Assembly: GCA_951804945.1 (NCBI GenBank)
Contig: OX638150.1
Location: 40,114,001 to 40,178,000, forward strand
From: Podarcis cretensis
Taxonomy: Eukaryota
Length of the DNA stretch: 64,000 nucleotides
Direction: 5' to 3'
Shown here in pieces: positions 36,711 to 48,801 of the stretch; within the stretch, counting starts at the first letter, position 1; each line of letters starts with the position of its first letter. A model generated the notes under the pieces. The model did not search any database, had not been told where the DNA came from, and was given only the letters and a program-made list of their open reading frames with translations. The position numbers and the translations under genes are program-made.

Positions 36711-38489
36711 TACAGCCCACTGATTCAGTCCAGGACAACAGCCACATAGTAGCCAAAACATAGATATCAGCCCTTGTTCTACCAGAATCAGAGCAAATGC
36801 TGCTCTGTTTTTAGGCAAACCCAGGGCTTGGACAGCTCATTTTGAAAGGGAATTAGTTTCATTTCCATTTCATTCCCCCCAAAAGGAAATTCAGTCCAGT
36901 TCAAGTTTGCCTCCTTTAAAAAAGAACTAATTCGATTTGAGTTCAATTCGCAATTCATTCATGTGGTACTCGGCATTTTCTCCAGCTAAAGTTTAAAATA
37001 TAGTTAAGCAAACTAAGAAGCCATCTGAACACACATGGAGTGTAATGTGAATAATGCTGTCATTTATTTTCCCAGTGATTGTACTCTTTAAGCTTAAACA
37101 GCAGCATCAGTTCTCAGATACTGTAGGTACAATTAGTAGGCACAGTGGCTGCAGTCAAGCACAAGAGTTAAGTGTGATGAAACCTGTGTGTGTGTGTGTG
37201 TGTTGAATTGAATTTAAAATTATCCAAAGTTCTACCACAATAGGAACTTAATCCACATTCAGTTCACCCAGAAATTATAAGAACTCCTTTCAGATGTAAT
37301 TTAGAGATTTTTTGAATTAATTCAGTAAATTAGTATGAATTAGCTCATTCCAGGCGCACTAGGCTGCTTAGATCAACATATGAAAGGAAATAATGTCAGA
37401 GGCACTTTGTCTCATACTCATTCTTAAGAGCATTGAGAGTCGGTCCAAATGCATATCAAAAGAACAACAGTACAGCTCACTCCAGGGATGGATTGGGGAA
37501 GCCGGGAGATGTAGAGGGCTACAAAATGTGGGTGGTAATAAACTCCAGCTCAATTCTATAGTACTTACTTAGTCCTTGGCTGGGGCTGCTGAGTAAGTGA
37601 TTCCTGACCTGAGACTCCCTTTTTCTCTCTTTCTTCCACTGGCTAGAGGAACATGAGAGTATGTGAGGGGTGTGACTATAGGCACAGGATTTTTCTCGGT
37701 TAAGACACAACCCGCCATTAGTGTGAAAGGGGGAAAACCACATTCACATTTTAATAACAAAGACATGAGACAAAAGATGCAAATAATTAGCTCCCAATTC
37801 ACTCTTTAACATGTTGGATCAAACAGCCACCATAAATAACAATCAGACTAGGTCAAATCCTACAGAAAAGACTAAATAAAGTGCAGACTTGCCAATCAAC
37901 CCTATCTAAGCAAACAAATACAAAGTCATGTTGACCTGTTTCCCTTTATTGGTCCAGATTGGGATTTTATGTTAGCCACTTGGAGACTGAGGAAAGAACT
38001 GGAGATAAGGGGAGGGGGAGCAATAATAATCTAAAAAGATGGTAATTAGGCTCTGAACTTCCATGCCTACAAAAGACTCATAAATTGTGAAAGACAAGCT
38101 GTATCATTCCTCAAATGACCGGGGAGCCCAGGTCCATCTGTGTACCACACACAACCCAAAAGAATGGCTGCACGAAGAATGGGACTGTTCTTACATACAC
38201 CACATGGAAGTTGGAACCGGTTTGCTGCATGATCCCCGGGCATCATTACTCAGAAGTAAACCTCATTGAGTTCAAGGAGACCTACACCCTCGTAAATGTG
38301 CTCACAACTGTAGCCTTAAATTATTTTAACATGTCTTTTTGCACCAGACCTCAGCTGGGATCAAATACACAGATCAGTTGCAACTCAATCCATCTGCAGC
38401 GTGAAAGTTTTCTAACCACATATTTTTCTTGTTGCACAATTTGAGATTTGATGATGCCCGATTTGAAAAGCCTTGATTCAATCAGAGGC

Positions 38490-39208
38490 GTTTTATTTAA
38501 TTTTTATTTTTTTTAAAAAAAAAATATTAAAGCTTTTCTTGGTTTACAAAAGTACATGCCTTTTTCAGGCTGTACAGTCTTTCTTACAAATCAGTTACAT
38601 TTGTTGTGAGACATTAGTGTTGAGTACAGTATAAGGTTGGGGAAGAAGTGTGGGGAGAGGAGGGATGGTGAGGCTTATATTCTTTTATATTTTATATTCT
38701 TTTATACAGTGTACATGTGGGGTTTTGTGTCAGCATCAACTGGGTTGGTTCCCTTTCTATTTGTTTATTACACTTCCTTGGTAGTGAGAGGTTTTGTGGG
38801 GCAGGGTGTGGTTAGTTGTCTGTGGTTGGCTGCAGTGGGGTTTGTCTGCATTTGTGAGGGGGGGAGGGCTTGTTGGGTCAGGTAAACCAGATTACTTTAT
38901 ATGCTGTCAGTAGATTCTTGTTCTTGTCTTGTTGGGCTGTGTATGTGATAAAGGGGAGCCATACTGGGGTGAAGGTGTCCACTTCTATTTGTCCCCATGA
39001 CAGTTTCAGTTTATTGGGTTAGCTTTTCTGGTAAGGCCGTTTCCCATACAATTTGATACCATTGGTCCTTGTTTAGTCCTGACAGGCCTCTCTGGTGTCT
39101 GGCTATGAGCCCTCCGGCTGCTGAGAGAAGGTGTGTTATAAGCTCTGTATAATGTGACTGGTCATTATGATCTTGGAAGATGTTCAGTAGGGCCAGTTCT
39201 GGGGTAAG
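38490..39208 (-). mobile_element. 5'-truncated L1-clade LINE: ORF2 C-terminus, 3' UTR and A-rich tail
   Basis: Minus strand translates PELALLNIFQD...ELITHLLSAA..LIARH.R.......QWYQIVWETAL.EKLT / KLKL..GQIE.DTFTPVWLPFITY with a frameshift, which is typical of the non-mammalian L1 ORF2 end. T-rich tail near 38490-38515. Confidence 0.7.
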
Positions 39209-40601
39209 TTCTAATACCTGTTTAGTTCTTTTGCATATCTCTGGTAGGACTGCTGTCCAGAAGGGTTGAATATATTGGGCAAGCCTTCCTGGGCTTTTCT
39301 AGAAAAAATGAAACGGACCTCTTCTGTCACTTCCTGCCTCTTGGAGATGATGTGATTGGCTCCCGATGCTTCCAGGCAAAGAAAGAAGGCAGAAGGGGAT
39401 TCCACATGCCCCAATAAACTCCTGGAATAAAGCTGCCCTCCAAGTGGCCCATCTAAATAAGAGCCCTGGTCCTTTTCTACAGAGAGAAGTTACAGGAAAG
39501 GATCCAGATGCTGGCAGGTAAATCTGTTAAATGGTGATGGGAGGGGTATCCTCCAAAAAGCCAAAAGGTGTATGTCATCAGGGCCAGTTGGAGCTCTGAA
39601 GAACTGGCCTGGAGTCTCTGAAAAGTCTCTGTGCCTGCAGCTTGTGCAACAGAGCCAGGGCAAGGAAGCCTTTGCACTGGGAGTCTGTTAGCCATGAATC
39701 ATTCCTGGGGGGGGGGGGGGGGGGTGGAAGGAGCCAACTTGCACAGCCCCTAACCAGATCCCCTGTGAATTTTACAAACTGTCCACGGCCAATATTGTTT
39801 TCTATAAAGGAAATATTGTAAAGAACACAGTACTCACGTCCACTTGCTGTAGCAAAAGAAAGGTCATCCCCCCCTCCAAGCCCAAGCAGGGTGAGTTTGC
39901 TGCTAAGGAACGGCACCTGCAAGTTGACTTCAGAACACACACACCCTCCACTGCCACATTCATCCCAGGCTACAAAGCGCTGCTTGGCCGGGGGCTGGGC
40001 TTGATTTTCCTGCCGGAAAAGAAAGCCCAGCTGCTGATCTGCAAGGCTGTAACTGATCTACCCCGGGAGGCCTCTCTGGAGTGCCGTTCCGTGCACACAC
40101 ACACCCTTTCCCAGTATCTCAGCACCACTCCGGAGGAAAATGCGAGAGAATCTCTGCTTCGTTTTCCCCACCCGCAGAGAGTGTTGAAACTGGCTCAGGA
40201 AAGCCTGTTCGTTTTGTGTTGACGGCCAGGAGATGAGATGAGCTGAACCAAACTGAAGAGGTCCCTTCCTCCTCTGGAAGCTGCCTTGCGTGAGTCTCTA
40301 CGGACTGATGACGGTGCCAGCATCGTCATGCATTGGGAATGACTCCTGGCAGGACCGGTGCGATCAAACGGTGGGGCGCGCAAATTCTGGCGCGGAAGCG
40401 AGGCCCTCCCCTTTGACACCGAAGTACTGGGAGCGAAAGCGCTCCCCAACTATTCCAGGGAACACAATTCGGAAGAAAAGGCGCTTTCGTCCTTACAATT
40501 CTGTGCACAGTTACTTGGGAATAAGCCCCGTTGCGACCAGTGGGGTTTCCTTGCAAGGTAGCGCTCGCAGAGCTAAAGGCTGAAGTGCTGGGCAGCAGCC
40601 G

Positions 40602-40736
40602 GGATTGCCATATTTTGAAGAGCAAAAAAGAGGACACATGATTTGCCGACTTCTACTTTTAACTATGGATCGCTATGACGATTCTACTCACGGAAGAGAG
40701 GACATGCCCTGGAAAAAGAGGACATATGGGACCCCG
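40602..40736. mobile_element. Short hAT-like MITE
   Basis: Imperfect TIRs GGGATTGCCATAT / ATATGGGACCCC with repeated subterminal AGAGGACA motifs. Confidence 0.55.
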
Positions 40737-41973
40737 AGGATCATCTAGCCCAACTCCCTGCAATTATTATTATTTTATATATTTATTAAATTTATATGCC
40801 GCCCTTCCTCACAAGATCTCAGGGCGCTTCACAGAGTAAAATACAAGATAAAAACACAGGTAAATAATTTAAACAAAAACAGCAAAACAATAACTCCCAT
40901 TCCCACATAACAATGCATAACATAGCAATGCAGGAATCTCAACTATATCTAAGATTTAGGCACGTTTGCTGAACAGCTGCGATCATGTGCACATTTGTCC
41001 ACAACTCAGTGGCGCTTACTTCTGAGTAAGGGTGCCTAGGATCAGGGTGGGTAGGCACCACCACCGCTGCTGCCTGGGACGTGGTTTTAGGACCGCGATC
41101 TTCCAGGGAACTGACTTGCACTGAAATCTGTAAGCGCCACCCTCAAGTGCCAAGCGGTGTCCACGTCAGTGAGTAGCTACCAGCCCTTCTTGTTTCGCCA
41201 GCAACGCCTCTTCTGTCACTTATCCGTAAACCCGCACTCCAAGACATTTCACCCGCAAATTGTTCGGGCCTTTCCGCACTTACTAGTCACATTGGCAACG
41301 TTGCTCTTTGAGCCAACGTTTTAAAGAGTGAATTCGGAGCTGTCTGTCTGCACCTTTGGTCCCATGTGGCTGTTATGGGAGAATGAAGGGAGGTTTTCTC
41401 TTCCACACTAATGGTCGGTTGTGCTCAAGTTGGGGAAAGTTCTGGGTCTGTAGTCCCACCTCGTGTTCCTCCAGCCAGCAGGAGCTATGGGCATTTCGTG
41501 GAAATAACTTTTTAGCAATGTTGGGCATTTTATGCTTTGCTTATATATAATGCCTAGTATTACTGGCATTGTAACCGCATGGGAGGTTAGAAGAAATGTC
41601 CATCTGAGCTAATCCCCGAACTCCCTTCCCTACCTGCCATGTCTCTCCTACCAACTGAAGATCTGGCACAGGAAAGTAGCGCAAAACAGACGACTCGAAA
41701 GCATACCCACCCATCCTTTTTCCCCACAGAAAGTGAGCTGGTGCTTGTGCACATGCCACGCTAAAGAAAATATTGAGGATCCGTTCCAGATCTTTGACAG
41801 ATGTCAGATGGCGGGGAGGGAAGAAAAAGCGTCCTTTTGAGGAAGATATTCCGGAATAGTAGCCGAATAATGACGACGTCGTGTGGCAACACGCCAAAAC
41901 ATCGAAAACAGCAACAACCCCATAAAGTGCGTGTGTAGAATGGCCCTTTATTTTGCTCAGAGTCCCTCCAATG

Positions 41974-42153
41974 CAGTGGCGTAGCGTGGGGGGTGCAGGG
42001 GGGGTCGGCCGCACCGGGCGCAACATCTGGGGGTTAGGGAAATCCACGGGTTAGGGGGCGCAAATCCACGGGTTAGGGGGCGCAAATCCATGGGTTAAGG
42101 GGCGCAAATTACTTGCCTTGCCCCGGGTGGTGATAACCCACGCTACGCCACTG
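41974..42153. mobile_element. Young hAT-type MITE with internal 22-bp tandem repeats
   Basis: Perfect 17-bp TIRs CAGTGGCGTAGCGTGGG / CCCACGCTACGCCACTG. Perfect 8-bp TSD CTCCAATG at 41966-41973 and 42154-42161. Confidence 0.93.
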
Positions 42154-42295
42154 CTCCAATGCCGACGAAGTTTTGCACAAACTTGTGCGCAAACCCTTTC
42201 ACGTATCCAGACGCATCCCTGACGCCCAAATGTCGATTCTGAATACCTGCAAGTCTTTCATACATTCAGCCTGCACTCAAACATGATCTCTCTTT

Positions 42296-42358
42296 CACAC
42301 ACACACACACACACACACACGCACGCACAGCTTTTTCCACAGGCTCAGTATTTTAAAA

Positions 42359-42412
<54 letters not shown>
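42296..42412. repeat. (CA)n and (AG)n microsatellites
   Basis: CA tract at about 42296-42326 and AG tract at 42361-42412. Confidence 0.95.
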
Positions 42413-42415
<3 letters not shown>

Positions 42416-45400
42416 TTTCTCAATCGTTTTCTTCGAAAAACCCCAAGAAATTAAAAGTCAATTTTCCTGCCCCGGTAGGGAAGAAGCAAGATTAGGCAAG
42501 GAGACTCTCCGTGTCCTTATGAGTGAGGGAGCTGTGCAGATTTGGATCAACGGATTCCATTTCTCTTTGATCTCCTCATTTTGAAAGGATCTTAATGAAT
42601 AGTGATCTTCTGCGGCTCCTCATCCCCTTGTGTTCTTTGAGTGGAGATGCCTCTTTCGCCGCCACCCCACTTTTAAAGGATTATTGTCAAGTTCCTGAGA
42701 AACTGAGGACTGCTGGACGATGAAATACAAATCTCTTCCCATTCCTCGAAAGAAAGCGAAGTGTTTTTTCTCCTAAGCAGGCTGGGGAGGGGAGCGAACC
42801 GGAGCTGCAATTCCGATCGCCACGGCTGGGGAGTCAAATCCCATTGAGATAGTGGGATTTAGGGCTGGGCTAATACGCTGAGGATTGCAGCTAATGTGAA
42901 AATTAGGAACACCTTTGGGGCATCTTGAGAATGGAGTTAAATTGAGCGAAAGATTGGTGTGTGGTATTTGGAGGTGCGGGGAAACAAGGATTGGTTTCTT
43001 CATTCCAGAGCGCACTCTTGCAATTTCTTTCCAAGACTGAAATCGTTAGAATATCCTGAAAGAACTTCACTTCGCTGGGGTTTTCATTTGAGAGAGTCTG
43101 TTCGTGATTACCAGCTTTTGTCGACTCAGTTGGAAAGTTCACGCTTGTCCCCCTCTCTCCAAGCTTTGGCGACCCATAAAATTTCTTTCACTCCAGAAAG
43201 AGGGTTGACGGAGGGGAGAAAGAAACTTTTCTCTTCCTCTGAAAACTTGCGGGGAGCCTTCTGTCATTTTTCATGTTGTCACCACAGAAGATTCGGATCA
43301 CAGGGAACTGAATTTCCCTTCTAATGTGATTCAAATCCCCTCTACATGTCCACACACCCCTTCACGCTCGCTCCCTTCGGCGCATTTATTGTCTTCATTT
43401 TAATGTTCTCTGGGAGCTTGCAGCAGATTGCTATTTAAACAGAATCCGATTCGGCTTCGCTTCGCTTCCACACCAGCGGTAACCACGGGATCGTTTTCGG
43501 GGATTTTTCTCCGAGTCTCATCTAGCAGTCAGTTGACTTTTCGAGAAGAAGAAAAATAAGCGGAGAGAAGGCTATTATTTCTTTACATTGATTTCACTAA
43601 TTTAATTTTTTTTTTGCATTTTTGTCCTCCGCGATGGCCCTGTGAGGCAATGAGGTGACTTTCGTCTTAATGGTCTCTTATTCCTACCCCACGTCTCTAT
43701 ACCTCAAAATGTAGTTAGGGGGGCTTTCTGCTCATCCTACTGCGTGGGGGGCTCTGGAATCATGTCCCCAAATCGGAAGCGAAGACGTCCCCCACCCCCC
43801 CCCGAAGGCAAGTTGCGCCACTATCGACGCGATGCAGTCTTTCCCCCTTGACAAGAAATCCATTGACACTGGTTTGAAGCGGATCCGAATTATATCGGTT
43901 GTACTGTCCCTAGCTTTTAAGCCTGTCCCTTCCCGCCCCGCGAAACAAGGAAGACATGGGGAGCGGGAACCTTCACACTTCGACGTGAGCTCTCTCCCCC
44001 CCCCCCCCCACACACACTTTCAGCCCGGACGCTGAAATCTATTAGGCAACTGCGTGTCCTCCTGCGCGAGAGAATTTGGACGGCTTACACAGCCCCTTCT
44101 TCACATTTTAAGCGCCTTTACTGAGAAAATCCTTCCGACTCCAGTGGACGTGGCTGCAAAGCGGACGTTAATTTTTCTCCCCTCTGAAGTAAAGAAAGCC
44201 CCGTTGAGCTCACGGGAATTTGTTTCGGGGAAAATGTGGCAAGGATGGGAAGGCCGGTGTCCTTAGGATCCGGCCCAAGTTCGGCTAACTACAGGATCCT
44301 AACCATGTTTACTCGGAAGCAAGTCACCGGTGACTTCATTGGGGACTATCGAATATCTTTTTGCTGAAAACTTGTATGCGCTTGTGTAACACACATGCGG
44401 CTTAGAAAAGAAGCTAGATTGTACGTGACAGTTGAATATGAGGGAAATTGGGACTTCTAGGACATGACCAAGAAAGAGGGTAGTAAATATAAATAAAATA
44501 AAATCCAAATTATTTCCAAGAGTTGGGCTCAAAGAACAGAAAACTTTCTGCCCCTCTAGAACAGAGAGACTCCTTTCTTTTTTTCTAGCTGTCTCTCCTT
44601 ATCCCGTCGGCAGCATAGAAAATGTTCTGGAGTGATTTAGTAAGTCCCATCGCTGGAAGACGCCACAGGGGCAGAAATAAAAATAAATATAAGAGTTGTT
44701 TTTTCTTCCTTGTAAAAGTTTTCCACTTTCTGATATTCCTCCCTCCATTTCGAATAAACCAAATAATGTTACACTAATACAAATAATAAAAACAAGGATC
44801 AATTAACACATCTTGACAATTCCCCGCACCCCTTCCTTGTTATTTTGGACGCCAGTTCTAAATAAGCACATGAGCAAGTGAGATTTAAATTGGGCCGATA
44901 TTACTCCTAAGTATTGACAGTTCGAATTCTTCGGCTCACTTGTTCCTAGTTTCCAGTGGAAGATCTCCACCTCCGAGTTCAGAAGTAAACCGTCATGGCT
45001 TGAAAATCCTACCGTCCCCCTCAGTCAAGCCGAAGTACTTTACTCAAAGTATGATTTGAGCAAAACGAGCTGCTTGGAAGGAAGCCTCGCGGTTTTAGCC
45101 CCGAGCCCCTTCTGCTGAAAGTGCTTGGAAACTCCCGCGGCAAAAGCGCGGCTTCACACGAAACCAGCTGTCCAGTGTCACCGACGTTTCCATGTTATGC
45201 ACGTTCGATTTGCTTACGGCTTTTTATCCGGAAATGGACACACTAAATAGTAAGGGTGTTGTTGTGGTTTTTTGTTTTATTTTACTTAAGAAGGGGGCAC
45301 ACACACAGAGCGAGATTTGGGGCATCTTCGTAAAGCTAAAGTCCCACCAGAAAGGGGTTTTGAACAAGGTCCGCACGTGGCAAAAAAAGAAGGGCGAAGC

Positions 45401-47171
45401 AGCTCCTGAAGCGTTGGGCGTGGAAACTGGTCTCACACTGTTATGCACGCTTTCATTTCACTACGATTCTGCTTCTAACTTTGCCTAGGATTGCAGTGAA
45501 ACTTTAAAAGTAACTTGACTTTGTGGATCAGTTGGCGTAATACGGTCCTGCAGTGATTTGTTCGGTAAGAATGGCAATGGGATCGTGACGCATTTAGAGC
45601 TAAGGCGAGCGCTGTGTGTGTTTGTGGTGATTTTTTGCTACTTTTCAGTTCCGGGCCAACCTAAAGCCGGTCACGTCTTCGAATGGATCGGGGCTCTTCC
45701 TGCTGTTTGTTTGAACCTAGCATCTGCCACCTTCCAAATCTCCTTCCTCGTGGCCGTGGGGGCTTCCCTCCCTCCTCCCAGGATGTGCGAAAGAGCCGCC
45801 CCCGCGATCCGAGGATGACAGAAAAGGGCCGAGTTCCTTGGGGGTGTGAGAGAGTGGGAGTTACAGGAAATGGAAGGGAAAACCGGACGATTCCCACCGA
45901 CCCCCCCCGCGCTTTCCCTGGATCTCCCAGGAAAACGCTGGAAGCCTGGCAGACAGGCAACGATGCTGCAGGCAGCCAATGCCTGCATCCGACTTCTTCA
46001 AGAGACGTCATGCATTGGGAGTCGTGCTACTCGAGAGGAAAGAGCTCGGGGACACGGGAGGATCTGAGAGATCGTTTGCCAGGGGAAGACCGACCGGGAG
46101 GCAGGCGCGCCCTGGAGAATCAAGTCCCCCCCCCCCCCCATCATTTCACAAAGTTTTCATTCTCAGGTCTGGCACAAGCCATTGTCTGTGGACTGGAGAG
46201 GGATGAGGATGGGGAAGAGGGCCATTCATTGCCCCAAGGAGGGAGGGAGGATGGGGGGCAGCGGCGAGGCCTCCTTCCCAGTGCTCCTGTGTGGGGAAAG
46301 GACTTCAAGAAGTTTGGATGGGAAAGGGAAGGGACAGGACCCAGGAAGGGTGGCTCTTGACAAGGCATCCCTTGAATATCCTCCCCAAAAAGGAAGCAAG
46401 ACCCTCCAGCAGACCAGTCGGTGAGACTTTGATGCGCTCAACCCGCTTTTTAGAAAATTTCTAGCATTTTCTTCCTGTCCTCTTCCTCCTCCTCCTTCTC
46501 ACAGGTTCGAAACTAAGTTCTTATTTCCGTTTTCGAGACGATCATCACGTCCATATTAGCAAGAGCACAACCCCCTTTCTTAGCCTTATGGGATGGTTAC
46601 CCTGAGTGTAAACAAACGGGGCCCAGTTTCGAAGTGATTCGAGGACTGAGGCAGAGAGAAGGATGGAGGTGGAGACAGTCGGCAAAGGTGGTCTTTGTTT
46701 GCCGGGACAGGGCTACACAGGACGGCTGCAGGAGGACAGAAGGTGTCGCAGTTTGAGGTGGGAGCGGAGCGCTGAACCGGCCGGACAGGCGGAGCAGGAG
46801 CGCGCGGCCCCACCGAGACAAGGGCCTAAGTGTGACAGCATCCCCTCACACCCTGCTGTCAGTGGTACCTCGTGCACTAGAAGGCCGCGCATTTGCCCTC
46901 CGACTCCGTGAATCCGGAGCAGGTTGCTTCGATTCCCTTTACTATTCCGGATCTCCACCTCACCCCACCCGCAGTCCCCAAAATCTCGCCGTTTCCGGCT
47001 CTTTGACCGACGTGAGATGAAGCTAACTTAAGTCCCACGTTTTCGTGCTGGTTTATTCGACGTGCCCACTGAGTTACTGCGGCCTTAAGCGATCTTGACC
47101 GCACCCCCCCTTCCAAACTTGCCACTGGTATGCCACTGGGTTGCAGCAGCCTTTAAGCCACATAATATGCT

Positions 47172-47173
<2 letters not shown>

Positions 47174-47210
<37 letters not shown>

Positions 47211-47223
47211 CGTGCGTGTGTGT
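47174..47223. repeat. (TG)n/(TGCG)n alternating purine-pyrimidine tract
   Basis: Visible repeat about 0.9 kb upstream of the HS3ST3B1 start codon. Confidence 0.9.
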
Positions 47224-47419
47224 ATGTTGAGGTCTGGTTGATGCTGGTGCGTGCAGGTAAAGACACCAGCGTGCTGTTTTGCTAGAGCTCTTACTTCCCG
47301 CAAGGAAGATGAGATGAGAGGTGAAGCAGCGTTCACTGAGCAGCTGCCTGAAAAGCCATCCCGCCCCCGTCTAAGAGATTTCTCCCCATCCTTTGGTCAA
47401 TTGCACTTATTCACGTGGT

Positions 47420-47550
47420 TGCCTCGAGTTAGCTCAGTCAGTAGATCTCAGGGTCGTGGGTTCGAGCTTCACGTGGGACAAAAGATTCCTGCATTGCAGG
47501 GGGTTGAACTAAATAACCTGCGTGGTCCCTTCCAACTCTAAATTCTATGA
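47420..47550 (+). mobile_element. tRNA-headed SINE with CR1-type tail
   Basis: TAGCTCAGTCAGTAGA (A-box), GGTTCGAGC (B-box), CCTGCATTGCAGGGGGTTGAACTA...GGTCCCTTCCAACTCT...ATTCTATGA tail. Confidence 0.8.
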
Positions 47551-48027
47551 GTTACTCGAAGAACCTTCTTGACTCCGCAGTCTCCGACGCCTCCAGGCCA
47601 CGTTGGCTGCTTCTTCACCGTAAGCGCATCTCTGCAGCAGGGACGGGGCGGGCGCGTGGAAACCACGGCTTGCTCGACGGGGCGGTCTGGTCCGGTCTGC
47701 TACGAAGCCGCCTCGGAAGCAGTTCGCCAGCCTCGGCGGCCCCCTCTCAGCTTTCCTCTGCCGCGGGCTCTTTAACGGCTCATTAGCCAATAAGAATGGC
47801 TAATCGCCTCCCGCAGTTCCCCGCTCCCCGCCCACGGGGGCGGCGCGGTTAGCCATTGGCTGCCTTTGCTCCACCAAAGGGGGCTAATTACCATGCGGCG
47901 AGCGGCTCTTATAGGCTCCGAGGGGTGCCAGTCAGGCACGCCTGCTCTCCGCCCTCCCGCGCTCCAGTCTGGCCGGCCAAGAAGCGTTGCTGCGCTCCCC
48001 ACTCGCTGCAACCGCGAGCGGGACTAG

Positions 48028-48801
<774 letters not shown>

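Noticed and set aside
42031-42110. CRISPR-like array or true interstitial telomere
   Set aside because: Eukaryotic DNA, head-to-tail units without unique spacers, and TTAGGG is not itself tandemly iterated. It lies within a TIR/TSD-bounded MITE.
45661-46424. 225-aa ORF and overlapping ORFs upstream of HS3ST3B1
   Set aside because: GC-rich, stop-poor region with ORFs on both strands, non-ATG starts and no protein motif.
46860-46872. CAGTGGTACCTCG matching the mariner MITE TIR
   Set aside because: Single 13-bp match with no TA flank and no partner TIR; chance or an unrecognisable relic.
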